A DNA stretch of 64,000 bases from Candidatus Latescibacterota bacterium. Its GTDB lineage: Bacteria; Latescibacterota; UBA2968; UBA8231. Numbering within the stretch: the stretch's first letter is position 1; each line of letters begins with the position of its first letter. Below, piece by piece: positions 35,752 through 44,474 of this stretch. The stretch lies in contig OZ242318.1 of NCBI GenBank assembly GCA_965208105.1, forward strand, positions 480,001 to 544,000. The letters are read 5' to 3'. The notes under the pieces were generated by a model. The model was not told the origin of the DNA and made no database searches. It was given only the letters and a program-made list of their open reading frames with translations. A program made the translations under genes and the position numbers.

Positions 35752-37262
35752 AATCCTGGTTCCTCTTTATTTTTTCCGGCCTTACCGTCTTCGCTCCGGC
35801 CCATGCCGCTGAACAGGGCCTGACAAAAGAGCAGCAACTCAGCAAGCTCCGTCTCCAGGAGCGTCTCCTATCGCTCGAGGAGCGCCGAACCCGCCTCCAG
35901 ACTCACAGAGAGGAACTGGACGCCACCCGCGAACTCTTCGACCAAGGCTTCATCGCTCCGCAGAAATTCAAGCAGACCCAAAACCATTACGAACGGGCGC
36001 GCTTGGACCACGAGCGGGCCGAGATCCTGCTCGAAGAGGCCAAACTAGACTTGCTGAAGACGGCCACCCACATCATTGTGGCCGAGGCGCGCAAGTACAA
36101 AACCGAAGACGGCAAGATCATGGTGGACATTACTCTGGAGAACGCCTCGGATATCCGCGATGCTCTGTTAGTAGACGCAGCCCTTACCGAGGAGGAGGTG
36201 CGCATTCTGCTCAAGGTAGAGAATATCTTCGTCTCCCTGCGTAACGGCCCCATCGTCGGCGAGCCCTACGAGATCCGCGTTCCCGCCCTCGCCGTGGGCG
36301 AGCGCCGCCAACTCACCTACCGCCTCCTCAGTGATAAAAACGCCGTCATCGTCGGCCTCAGCTACTTGGACATCAAGGACGAAAAGCCCGTCATCCTCAA
36401 AAAGGGAAGCCAGCAGGAACTGCCCAGCATCAACTCGGCCCAGTTCTCGCAGGAAGGCGAATTGAACCAGAAGGTCCACTTTGGGCTCACCCTGCAGCGC
36501 CTGGCCGAGGAGGAGCGCAATTTTGCCTTGGCCGTGGTAGGCTTGCCGCAGCGCATCAACTACGCCTTTGTCAATCGGGGTGCCAAAGTGAACCAGGTCA
36601 AATTCGACGAAAACATTTCGGAGGTCGACCTGGCCCTGGAACTGGAAATTCCCGAGAAGCTGAACGGCCGCTTCATCGGGATCACCCGGACTTTCTTCGC
36701 TCTCGTCATTCAGCCTGGAGAGTACGCCCGCATCAACGCCCTCAAGGCCCGTTACGGCGATGCTCCCCTGCCCGAAAAGGAGGTCAAAGAACTCAAGGCC
36801 AACTACGTCAAGCTGGAGTTGGTTCCCGTGGGCATCGGCAAGCTCGAAGTTCTGATCTCCAACCGCTACCAGGAAATCCAGGCAGGAGAAGGCCTGCAGA
36901 TCCAGGTCGAGTTTCTCAACCGCGGCACCGCGGCTGTACAGAACATCAAGGCCGAACTCGACCTGCCCTACGAGTGGGACAGCAGGGTGGAGCCCGCGCT
37001 CGTCAAGCTGCTCCAGCCAGGCGAAAGCACTCCGGTGCAGATCTGGGCGCGGCCTCCAGAGCACATCGCCGTGGGCGACTACGAAGTGGGATTGGAGGCT
37101 CAGGGCCAGGTGGGCACCGAGAATATCGAGTCTTTGGAGAAGAACATTACCATCCGCATCAGCGCCCGCTCGAATATTACCGGCAATGCCATCCTCATCG
37201 GCGTCCTCGTCCTGCTGGTTCTGGGCATTGGCGTGGCCAGTATAAAAATCAGCCGCAAATAG
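35748..37262 (+). CDS. Coiled-coil plus NEW3/Ig-like domain protein with C-terminal anchor, paralogue 1
   Basis: Signal peptide, coiled coil, NRGTAAVQNI...LPYEW...LQPGES NEW3-like motif, TM plus KISRK. Confidence 0.7.
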   Translation: MKSWFLFIFSGLTVFAPAHAAEQGLTKEQQLSKLRLQERLLSLEERRTRLQTHREELDATRELFDQGFIAPQKFKQTQNHYERARLDHERAEILLEEAKLDLLKTATHIIVAEARKYKTEDGKIMVDITLENASDIRDALLVDAALTEEEVRILLKVENIFVSLRNGPIVGEPYEIRVPALAVGERRQLTYRLLSDKNAVIVGLSYLDIKDEKPVILKKGSQQELPSINSAQFSQEGELNQKVHFGLTLQRLAEEERNFALAVVGLPQRINYAFVNRGAKVNQVKFDENISEVDLALELEIPEKLNGRFIGITRTFFALVIQPGEYARINALKARYGDAPLPEKEVKELKANYVKLELVPVGIGKLEVLISNRYQEIQAGEGLQIQVEFLNRGTAAVQNIKAELDLPYEWDSRVEPALVKLLQPGESTPVQIWARPPEHIAVGDYEVGLEAQGQVGTENIESLEKNITIRISARSNITGNAILIGVLVLLVLGIGVASIKISRK

Positions 37263-37264
37263 AT

Positions 37265-38797
37265 ATGGCTTTCTTCTACCTTGCCATTGCCGCCGCTCTC
37301 CTGCTCTTCACTCCGCCGGCTACGGCCGCCAAGGATCTACGCACCAAGGAGCAGCGCCTTTACGATATTCAGCTACGCAACGCCCAGTGGCAGATAGACA
37401 AGGCGCGGCTCGACATGGAAATCAAGCGGAGCGATTACGATGAGATCCAGGAACTCTTCGACCAGAAGATCAGTACCCTGGAGGCACTCAACGAGGCGCG
37501 ACGCCACTACCAGCAAGCCAAGCTCAAATACGATCAGGCCGTGATCAACCTCGAGTCGAGACGCCTCTCCTTTCTCAGGGACGCCACCCACATCTCGATT
37601 GTCGAGGCCAAGAAGTACCGCACCCCTGAGGGTTACCGCCAGGTGGAGATCACCTTGGAGAATGCCTCTAACCTCAACCAGGCCGCCTCGCTCAATCCCG
37701 ACAAGAGCCTGGACGAGGTGAAGGCTCTGCTCGAAATCCAGAATGTCCGGATATCCGTGCGCCAGAACAATGACCTGATCATCGGCGACCCCTACGAGAT
37801 TCTCGTACCCTCCTTCAGACTAGGCGAGCGCAAAAACCTGGTCTTTCGTTTGCTCAATGACTTGGACGATGTGAATATATCTTTGATCCTGCGCGACAAC
37901 CAGCGGGAAGACTTCAGGATTGTGCTGCGTAAGGAGTCTCCCCAGGATATCCCCACCATTAATTCCGTGCAGTTTTCCCAAGAGGGCAACCTCAACTCCC
38001 GGGTCCACTACGACCTCATCTTGGAGCGTCTGGCCGAAGACGAGAAGACCTTTCACTTGAACGTCATCAACCTACCGCGCGAGATCGACTTCGCCTTTCT
38101 CGACAAGGCCACCAACGCCAGCCTCACCCAGGTGAAGTTCAGCGAAGAGGTCACCCGTCAGCAACTCGAACTCGAGATCCAGATCCCCGAAAAACTCAGC
38201 CGGCACTACGTTGACCAGACTATCGAGTTCTACGTCTTTGCCACCGACCAGGAAGGCTTCCAGCAGGTCAGCCAGTTGAACCGCAAGTACGGCGTCAAAC
38301 GCATGGAATTGGAGGACATCAACTCCATCAAGGGGAACAAGGAGCGCTTTGAATTGATTCCCCGGGGACAAGGCGCCCTGGAGACGATCATCGCCAACCG
38401 CTACCAGGAGATCAGGGTGGGCGAAGAGGTCACCGTGCGACTCGACCTGCTCAATACGGGGACCCTTGAGGTCGAGGCGGCGCACTTGATTTTGACCCCC
38501 CCGTTGGGGTGGAGCCGTGAGGTCGCGCCCGATACCATCGCCCGCATCATCCCCGGCGAGAAAGAGCCCGTCAATATCATTCTCTCCCCCCCAGCCGAAA
38601 TAGATGTAGGCGAGTACGGCGTCCGGGTGGAGGCGGCTGGCTACGTGGGCAGCGAGAAGGTCGAGGCCGAGGAAAAGGACATCACCATCCGGGTCGAGGC
38701 GCGCGCGCGTATCGTGCGCAATGCCCTCATCGTCGTCGCGGTAATCGCCTTGGTGGTGAGCGTGGCTGTCTGGAGCATCAAGGTCAGCCGCCGATAA
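37265..38797 (+). CDS. Coiled-coil plus NEW3/Ig-like domain protein, paralogue 2
   Basis: Aligns with previous ORF (EAKKYRT, INSVQFSQEG, NRYQEI, NTGTL...PPLGW); TM plus KVSRR. Confidence 0.7.
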   Translation: MAFFYLAIAAALLLFTPPATAAKDLRTKEQRLYDIQLRNAQWQIDKARLDMEIKRSDYDEIQELFDQKISTLEALNEARRHYQQAKLKYDQAVINLESRRLSFLRDATHISIVEAKKYRTPEGYRQVEITLENASNLNQAASLNPDKSLDEVKALLEIQNVRISVRQNNDLIIGDPYEILVPSFRLGERKNLVFRLLNDLDDVNISLILRDNQREDFRIVLRKESPQDIPTINSVQFSQEGNLNSRVHYDLILERLAEDEKTFHLNVINLPREIDFAFLDKATNASLTQVKFSEEVTRQQLELEIQIPEKLSRHYVDQTIEFYVFATDQEGFQQVSQLNRKYGVKRMELEDINSIKGNKERFELIPRGQGALETIIANRYQEIRVGEEVTVRLDLLNTGTLEVEAAHLILTPPLGWSREVAPDTIARIIPGEKEPVNIILSPPAEIDVGEYGVRVEAAGYVGSEKVEAEEKDITIRVEARARIVRNALIVVAVIALVVSVAVWSIKVSRR

Positions 38798-38822
38798 AGA
38801 GAAAACCTGCGAAACTCCAAGC

Positions 38823-38877
38823 GGCCGAATTGACCAAGTACGCGATCAAAGAAGGACCCGCTGGACCAGAGAAATAA
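38823..38877 (+). pseudogene. Relic of a response regulator 3' end
   Basis: ggccgaattgaccaagtacgcgatcaaagaagg closely matches 34142-34174 (AELTKYAIKEG). Confidence 0.7.
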
Positions 38878-38899
38878 CCCCTGGGTCCGGTGCCTCTCC

Positions 38900-38975
38900 G
38901 CCGCAAAATCAGCTTTTCTGAAGGCAAAAATCAGGTGTTTGCCCGATTGAAAAGCACCGTCTCCGTCTCTAATTT
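38900..38975 (+). promoter_or_regulatory. Repeated promoter module, copy 1 (putative response-regulator boxes)
   Basis: GCCGCAAAATCAGCTTTTCTGAAGGCAAAAATCAGGTGTTTGCCCGAT...TAATTT; also at 40417 and 53914. Confidence 0.75.
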
Positions 38976-39019
38976 AATTTGAACGACTCAACAACTTCTT
39001 ACCCTGAGGGAGGTATATC

Positions 39020-39742
39020 ATGCTTGAAATCATCTCCATGTCCAAGCACTACGGCGAGGTGCAGGCGGTCGACGAGCTCAACCTCACCATCCGCCCCGGT
39101 GAAATCTTTACTATGCTGGGGGCAAATGGCGCCGGCAAGACCACTACTCTTATGGTATCCCTTGGCTTTACCGAGCCGACGGCAGGCACGGTGAAGATCT
39201 GCGGCGTCGACGTGACCAGGGATCCCTTGGAGGCCAAAAAACACGTGGCTTACGTGTCAGAAAACGTCATGCTCTACGGCAATTTCACCGCCCGTCAAAA
39301 CCTGGATTTCTTCGCCAAGTTAGGGGGGCGCAAGGACGCCACCGACGAAGAGTACGAGCGCATCATGGAGCGGGTGGGTCTGCAGGCGGACGCCTTCAAC
39401 CGGAGGGTAAAAGGCTTTTCCAAAGGCATGCGCCAGAAGCTGGGCATCGCCATTGCGATCGTCAAAAACGCCGAGGTCATTTTGCTGGACGAGCCCACTT
39501 CAGGGCTGGATCCCCAGTCAGGGACCGAGTTTTTGCAGCTTTTGACCGAACTCAGGCACGAAGATAAAACCATCTGGATGACCACGCACGATGTCTTCCG
39601 CGCCAAGGCCATCGCCGACCGGGTGGGGATCATGGTGAAGGGCAAGCTGGTAAAGACCTTTACGCGCGAGGAGTTGGAACGCGAGGATCTGGAGAAGATC
39701 TACGTGGAGTATGTCAGCCAGGAGGTGGGACAGGCCGCCTGA
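39020..39742 (+). CDS. ABC transporter ATP-binding protein (ABC-2 type)
   Basis: GGAGG RBS, GANGAGKTT, FSKGMRQK, LLDEPTSGLDP. Confidence 0.93.
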   Translation: MLEIISMSKHYGEVQAVDELNLTIRPGEIFTMLGANGAGKTTTLMVSLGFTEPTAGTVKICGVDVTRDPLEAKKHVAYVSENVMLYGNFTARQNLDFFAKLGGRKDATDEEYERIMERVGLQADAFNRRVKGFSKGMRQKLGIAIAIVKNAEVILLDEPTSGLDPQSGTEFLQLLTELRHEDKTIWMTTHDVFRAKAIADRVGIMVKGKLVKTFTREELEREDLEKIYVEYVSQEVGQAA

Positions 39743-39759
39743 GCACAACTCAGAAGTAC

Positions 39760-39930
39760 TTACTTGTGATCGCCAAAAAAGAGATTGTCCACAATATCCT
39801 GAGTTTCAGGTCTGTGGCGATCCATGGGTTGCCAGTGGCAGTTTCGCGATCGAGTCAACGCCGGGGCAAGGCACGCGCTGCCTGCTGGCGGTTCCATTTT
39901 TATATCCAAGCCGGAGGGGACCCTCCATGA
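39760..39930 (+). pseudogene. Chimeric relic: ABC permease N-terminus joined to histidine kinase C-terminus
   Basis: LLVIAKKEIVHNILSFR followed, in another frame, by GSFAIESTPGQGTRCLLAVPF, similar to the end of the kinase at 32407-33552. Confidence 0.6.
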
Positions 39931-40358
39931 ATACGCAGGTGTTATTAGTAGAGGACCACGAGGCCGTGCGCCAGGAGCTGCGCTTGTTGCTTGAGCAACA
40001 AAGCGGAATTGAGGTAGTCGCCGAGGCCGGCGACGGCCGCACGGCCGTCGCCTTGGCCTCCACCTGTCTACCCGACATTGCGGTCATGGACGTTGGCCTG
40101 CCCCACCTGAATGGCATTGAGGCGACGCGACAGATACGCGTCAAGGCGCCGGGCGTGAACGTGGTGGCGCTGTCGGTGCACGCGGACCGGCGTCTTGTAG
40201 ACGGCATGTTTCAAGCAGGGGCTTCGGCGTATGTGTTGAAAACGGCGGCTACCCGCGAGTTGGTGGAAGCGATCCGGCAGGTACAGGCCGGCCGCAAGTT
40301 CGTAAGTCCCGAATTGATCGCCCTCTTCGGCGAGGACTATGGCGCGTCTTCCTTCTGA
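39927..40358 (+). CDS. Receiver-only response regulator (truncated paralogue lacking the HTH)
   Basis: LLVEDH, VMDVGLPHLNG, similar to 33549-34196 but stops after 143 aa. Confidence 0.8.
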   Translation: MNTQVLLVEDHEAVRQELRLLLEQQSGIEVVAEAGDGRTAVALASTCLPDIAVMDVGLPHLNGIEATRQIRVKAPGVNVVALSVHADRRLVDGMFQAGASAYVLKTAATRELVEAIRQVQAGRKFVSPELIALFGEDYGASSF

Positions 40359-40416
40359 CGGCGCATTACAGAGAAAGATTCACCGAACTGGTGTTGTGAA
40401 TCTCTCAGACACTCAG

Positions 40417-40493
40417 GCCGCAAAATCAGCTTCTCTGAAGGCAAAAATCGGGTGTTTACCCGATACCGACCAACCTGTCCTGTTGCTTAATTT
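40417..40493 (+). promoter_or_regulatory. Repeated promoter module, copy 2, upstream of the RiPP operon
   Basis: Includes perfect ATCGGG-N6-CCCGAT (40447-40464) and TAATTT (40488-40493). Confidence 0.75.
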
Positions 40494-40589
40494 ATCCTTA
40501 AGAGTTGCGTCGATTTTTAACAAGTTGGACAAGCAGCACTGGACGCCGAGGTAGTCGACCTACCGCCGCAAGCCTGGAGGAGAGATCGA

Positions 40590-42584
40590 ATGAAAAACAT
40601 GAACATTAATAATGTATGCCTCTTCCTCGTGGGTATAATAGTATGGCCAACCTGTGGGACGGCAAGTTGGCACCTGAAGGCGTCCGGATATGAAGTTTCC
40701 AAGGTAAGGTATTCGATTTTCGGCGAAGGGTTGAAACAACACCGAGGATACTACTTTCCCGAATACCTGCCCGCAGACCGCGCGTTACATGTCGGATTCA
40801 AGCCCATCCGCTTCCAGAAATTTTCCGCCCTGGCCGAAGCTCTCGGCGCGAAAAGCGAAAAAATCCACGCTTGGAAAACCGAATTTGAGTCTCCTGTCAG
40901 GTGCTTGGACCAGATCACCTTCTTGTATCGCCGCATATATGCCAGGAACGTCAGTGAATACACAATTTATCTCCAATCCCCTCAGACTGAACAGTGGTAC
41001 AGAAAAAGGATAATAATCCCTTTTAAGGGGTACCAGATCCCTTCATACGACGCGATTTCGCAATGGGAACCGTTGGTAGACGACGGCTCCGAAGAGGTAT
41101 CCCAGTTTTTGAGCGAGGTTAACCATTTCGATAAAATTGGCCAATTGGCGATCGTGGTTACTCCCTCGGATACGGACTTCGATTTTGTCATCGGAGACTT
41201 GCAAATAGTGGACCGGGAAATCGGCTATGCCGATTTCCATCATCCTTTTTTCGACCCGATTTTGAGCGAGGATTCCGCCCAGTACATCGAAAGAGATTCC
41301 TTTTACAATGCCTCAGGTATTCCCGCCCTGCTCCTTCCCATCAGTTGTTATGCCATGCACAGGAATTACGGGTCGGTTTTCCATTTCGACCCAGGGAATC
41401 GGGAAGTGGATGCCGGAGACATCAGGGACCTGAAAGTCAACGTTATCAAGCGAATTTTAGAGCTGTACTCATTCTATGAAGAACGCGGATTGGATAGGAA
41501 AAGCGCCCTGAACAGGTTTGCCTTCATCGAGAATTACGGGCTGGACAGAGAAGCTTTCGAGGACAGCGTCCGCGCTTTATTGGCAGATTTTCATGATGCC
41601 CATCTATCCGTAGCAAACAACGCCCATCTATCCATAGCAAACAAGAAGAACAGATGCGCTTTCAATCATCCATTGGCGCTGTACAATATCGGCGGCAAAG
41701 TCTACGTGGCGGCGGTGTTCGACTCCCTACTCGCGGACGATATAGAAGTGGGTATGAAGGTGCTCAAATTTGATGGAGTACCTGTGATTGAAGCGATAGA
41801 CAGGGAAAGCGAGCATTACCGGGGCAGCAGCAAAATAAGAAGAAGGAAAGCGACGAGAAACCTGCTCGCATGCAGGCGAGACGAAAGGGCAACATTGAAA
41901 CTTGCATCTGTTGATGGGGCAGTTAAAGACGTCCTGATTGAAGACAGGAAAGTGCGGATTCCGTCGAATCTCGTGCCGCGACACGGAGAATTCAGGGTAG
42001 AAAGTGGGATAGTGTATTTTCGTATCCGCCAATGGACCTATGACGTGTGGATCCGGTTTTTGAACCATGCGGATGAACTCGAAAGCGCGAAGGGCCTGAT
42101 CATCGATTTGAGGTCCAACGGTGGAGGTGACGGCGGCACGGTGCTAAGGATGGTATCGGCGTTCATAGACGAGAACGCGCTATGTGGGAGCGAGTACTGT
42201 CCCGCCGACGGCAGAATCGAGAGCATGGTGATAAGACCCAACGACAAATTCCATTTCGATCTGCCCGTCGTCATCCTGGCCAATGAGGCGACTGCCTGCG
42301 CAAGCGAGAACTTCATCGATATAATGAGATCTACCAATCGGGCCATCATGGTGGCGGATAGTCACACACAGGGCCTTTTTTCGTCCAGGATCGACTTGAT
42401 ATTCCCGGACGGGATGAGGATTCATACCAATAGCTTATCCAAACCGTTGAGACCCGATGGTTCTTCATACGAGGTAAAGGGGCTCGAGCCAGACATCTGG
42501 GTACACTTGAACACAATTGATGATCTGGCACATCGGGAAGACAAGATACTGCGAACCGCAAATCATCTGCTGGAAGCGCAGTAG
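40590..42584 (+). CDS. S41-family peptidase, probably exported
   Basis: GGAGG RBS, hydrophobic N-terminus, FHDAHL, PDZ-like VGMKVLKFDG, LIIDLRSNGGG, TACASE, GLEPDI. Confidence 0.85.
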   Translation: MKNMNINNVCLFLVGIIVWPTCGTASWHLKASGYEVSKVRYSIFGEGLKQHRGYYFPEYLPADRALHVGFKPIRFQKFSALAEALGAKSEKIHAWKTEFESPVRCLDQITFLYRRIYARNVSEYTIYLQSPQTEQWYRKRIIIPFKGYQIPSYDAISQWEPLVDDGSEEVSQFLSEVNHFDKIGQLAIVVTPSDTDFDFVIGDLQIVDREIGYADFHHPFFDPILSEDSAQYIERDSFYNASGIPALLLPISCYAMHRNYGSVFHFDPGNREVDAGDIRDLKVNVIKRILELYSFYEERGLDRKSALNRFAFIENYGLDREAFEDSVRALLADFHDAHLSVANNAHLSIANKKNRCAFNHPLALYNIGGKVYVAAVFDSLLADDIEVGMKVLKFDGVPVIEAIDRESEHYRGSSKIRRRKATRNLLACRRDERATLKLASVDGAVKDVLIEDRKVRIPSNLVPRHGEFRVESGIVYFRIRQWTYDVWIRFLNHADELESAKGLIIDLRSNGGGDGGTVLRMVSAFIDENALCGSEYCPADGRIESMVIRPNDKFHFDLPVVILANEATACASENFIDIMRSTNRAIMVADSHTQGLFSSRIDLIFPDGMRIHTNSLSKPLRPDGSSYEVKGLEPDIWVHLNTIDDLAHREDKILRTANHLLEAQ

Positions 42585-42597
42585 AATCCATAGGCTT

Positions 42598-42900
42598 TGG
42601 AAGGCGACAAACTGTAAGAAAGGAGAACATGCCATGAAAGAGCTCATTAAGCCCAACTTGACTGAGGAAGAGTGCGAGAATAACGAGGTCGCGGCATATT
42701 GCGACCTTTATTCCTGCGCGCCCGTGAGTTGCAACCTTTGGTCGTGTCAACCCGTTTCGGGTGATGACGAGTCCGGGGACATTCTGTTCTAATTGCCAAT
42801 TGTTCAGCGGAGGCCATAACAGCGAAGGACCATTCGCCTGGAACACGTCTCTTGACCGTTTGACCCCATAACTACTTTTCGATCAGTTTGTCGCCTTCCA
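42598..42900. repeat. Perfect 17-bp inverted repeat bracketing the precursor gene
   Basis: TGGAAGGCGACAAACTG (42598-42614) and CAGTTTGTCGCCTTCCA (42884-42900). Confidence 0.9.
42634..42792 (+). CDS. Putative RiPP precursor peptide (52 aa)
   Basis: AAGGAG RBS; MKELIKPNLTEEECENNEVAAY-CDLYSCAPVS-CNLWSCQPVS-GDDESGDILF; immediately upstream of a radical SAM/SPASM gene. Confidence 0.85.
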   Translation: MKELIKPNLTEEECENNEVAAYCDLYSCAPVSCNLWSCQPVSGDDESGDILF

Positions 42901-42978
42901 CGTCTTTCAGAAGCCGTCTTAGACCCTCGGTGAGGATCACTAGGAACTTTAAGGAGGCTTCTTAAAAAGGAAAATGAG

Positions 42979-44460
42979 ATGTTTAAGTTGAGCTATTATA
43001 CCTTCATCATCCCCGTAACCGAGAAGGGGATGTACCTCGCCTATAATTCATTTACCAATGCATTGCTGGAATTGGAGTGGCATGAAGGCAAGAAGATGCT
43101 GGAGTGGAAAAAGAAGGATGCCATTCCCTCTTCGGAACTCGACAGCGAAGAAAAGCGCTTTGTAAACGCTTTGCTCAACAATCACTTTCTGGTAGACGAG
43201 GGGGTTGATGAGAAAGAGCGCTTGCATCGCCGCATTTCTACCCAGAAAGAAAGGTTCTGGAGAGAACCAGCGACCATGGCGCTCACCATATTGCCGACTA
43301 TCTCGTGCAATATGGGTTGTTCCTATTGTTTTGAGGGATACAAGCCGTTCGGCAAGGTTATGAACAATGAGGTCATGGACGATATAGCCGAATTCGTGGT
43401 AAGAGAAATCAAGCAAAGCACTGTCGTCAGTTCCTTCAAAAAAATGTTCATCCAGTGGTACGGGGGGGAGCCCCTGCTGCAACCACATGTCGTCGATAGA
43501 CTTTCGGAAAAATTGTACCGAATCGCCGACGACAACCAAATCCCCTATACTTCGATGATCATTACGAACGGAACCTATCTAACGCCCGCTATATGGGATC
43601 TGTTAAAGGAAGCGAGAATTGACCGGATACAAGTGACCATTGATGGCCACAAGGACTCCCACAACAGGCAACGCCCCCTCACCTTGCCGATCATCGGCCA
43701 GGAAATAGAGGCGGGTAGCTATGACACCATACTGGAAAACCTGAAGTATTTTCCGGACAAGATGGCTCTTAATATCCGGATAAATTCGGATAAGAATATA
43801 ATCAATTCCCTGGGCGACCTCCTGGACGACCTGGAGGAAATTGGCCTGTGGCCTCAGCAGGCTAGCCATGTGAGCCTGACCCTCGCCCATAAGGAAACTC
43901 CTTATGAAGAGTCGGGAGTAGTAGACATCGAGTCTCAGTACTTGAGCCTCAAGCAGCAAACCAAGGCGCAGAAGATATTCCAGGACATGAAGCTCAATCA
44001 CTACAACAATTGGGCCTCCAAAAATAACAGGGTTTTGGCCAGGAAGCGTCTGGCCTACCCTGAACCGGCAACTTTTGTATGTGGGACTGCCTCGCTGCCT
44101 TACAGTTTTTCCATAAGTTACGACGGGCATATTCACCAGTGCATGGAGCAAGTCAACGATCCTAAAGCTAAGTCACATTACATTGGCGATACCTACAATA
44201 TCCACGATCCCCTGCGGAAAATTTTCCTGAACTGGGATAAATTCCTTCACCATCCAATGTGCACTGATTGCAGGGTACTGCCCATATGCGACATGGTTTG
44301 TCCTCACAAGGACCCGCCCGAAGCGTGCTGTGATTGGAAGGTAGACCTCAAATCGCGGTTGAAGGAGCAGTATATCGCGTCCATTGATACGCCCCACCTA
44401 ATTGAGTCTTTCGACGCAGTAGAACAACAGCGGCAGAAAGATTTCACCCTCGTGATATAG
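42979..44460 (+). CDS. Radical SAM/SPASM peptide maturase with probable N-terminal RRE
   Basis: CNMGCSYC, WYGGEPLL, ITNG, QVTIDG; SPASM cysteines CGTA...HQC...CTDCRVLPICDMVCP...CC; ~80-aa N-terminal extension. Confidence 0.92.
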   Translation: MFKLSYYTFIIPVTEKGMYLAYNSFTNALLELEWHEGKKMLEWKKKDAIPSSELDSEEKRFVNALLNNHFLVDEGVDEKERLHRRISTQKERFWREPATMALTILPTISCNMGCSYCFEGYKPFGKVMNNEVMDDIAEFVVREIKQSTVVSSFKKMFIQWYGGEPLLQPHVVDRLSEKLYRIADDNQIPYTSMIITNGTYLTPAIWDLLKEARIDRIQVTIDGHKDSHNRQRPLTLPIIGQEIEAGSYDTILENLKYFPDKMALNIRINSDKNIINSLGDLLDDLEEIGLWPQQASHVSLTLAHKETPYEESGVVDIESQYLSLKQQTKAQKIFQDMKLNHYNNWASKNNRVLARKRLAYPEPATFVCGTASLPYSFSISYDGHIHQCMEQVNDPKAKSHYIGDTYNIHDPLRKIFLNWDKFLHHPMCTDCRVLPICDMVCPHKDPPEACCDWKVDLKSRLKEQYIASIDTPHLIESFDAVEQQRQKDFTLVI

Positions 44461-44474
44461 GGCCCCTAATACCC

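Noticed and set aside
42517-42633. N-terminal extension of the precursor in the ORF track
   Set aside because: Overlaps the S41 gene and lacks an RBS; ATG 42634 has AAGGAG
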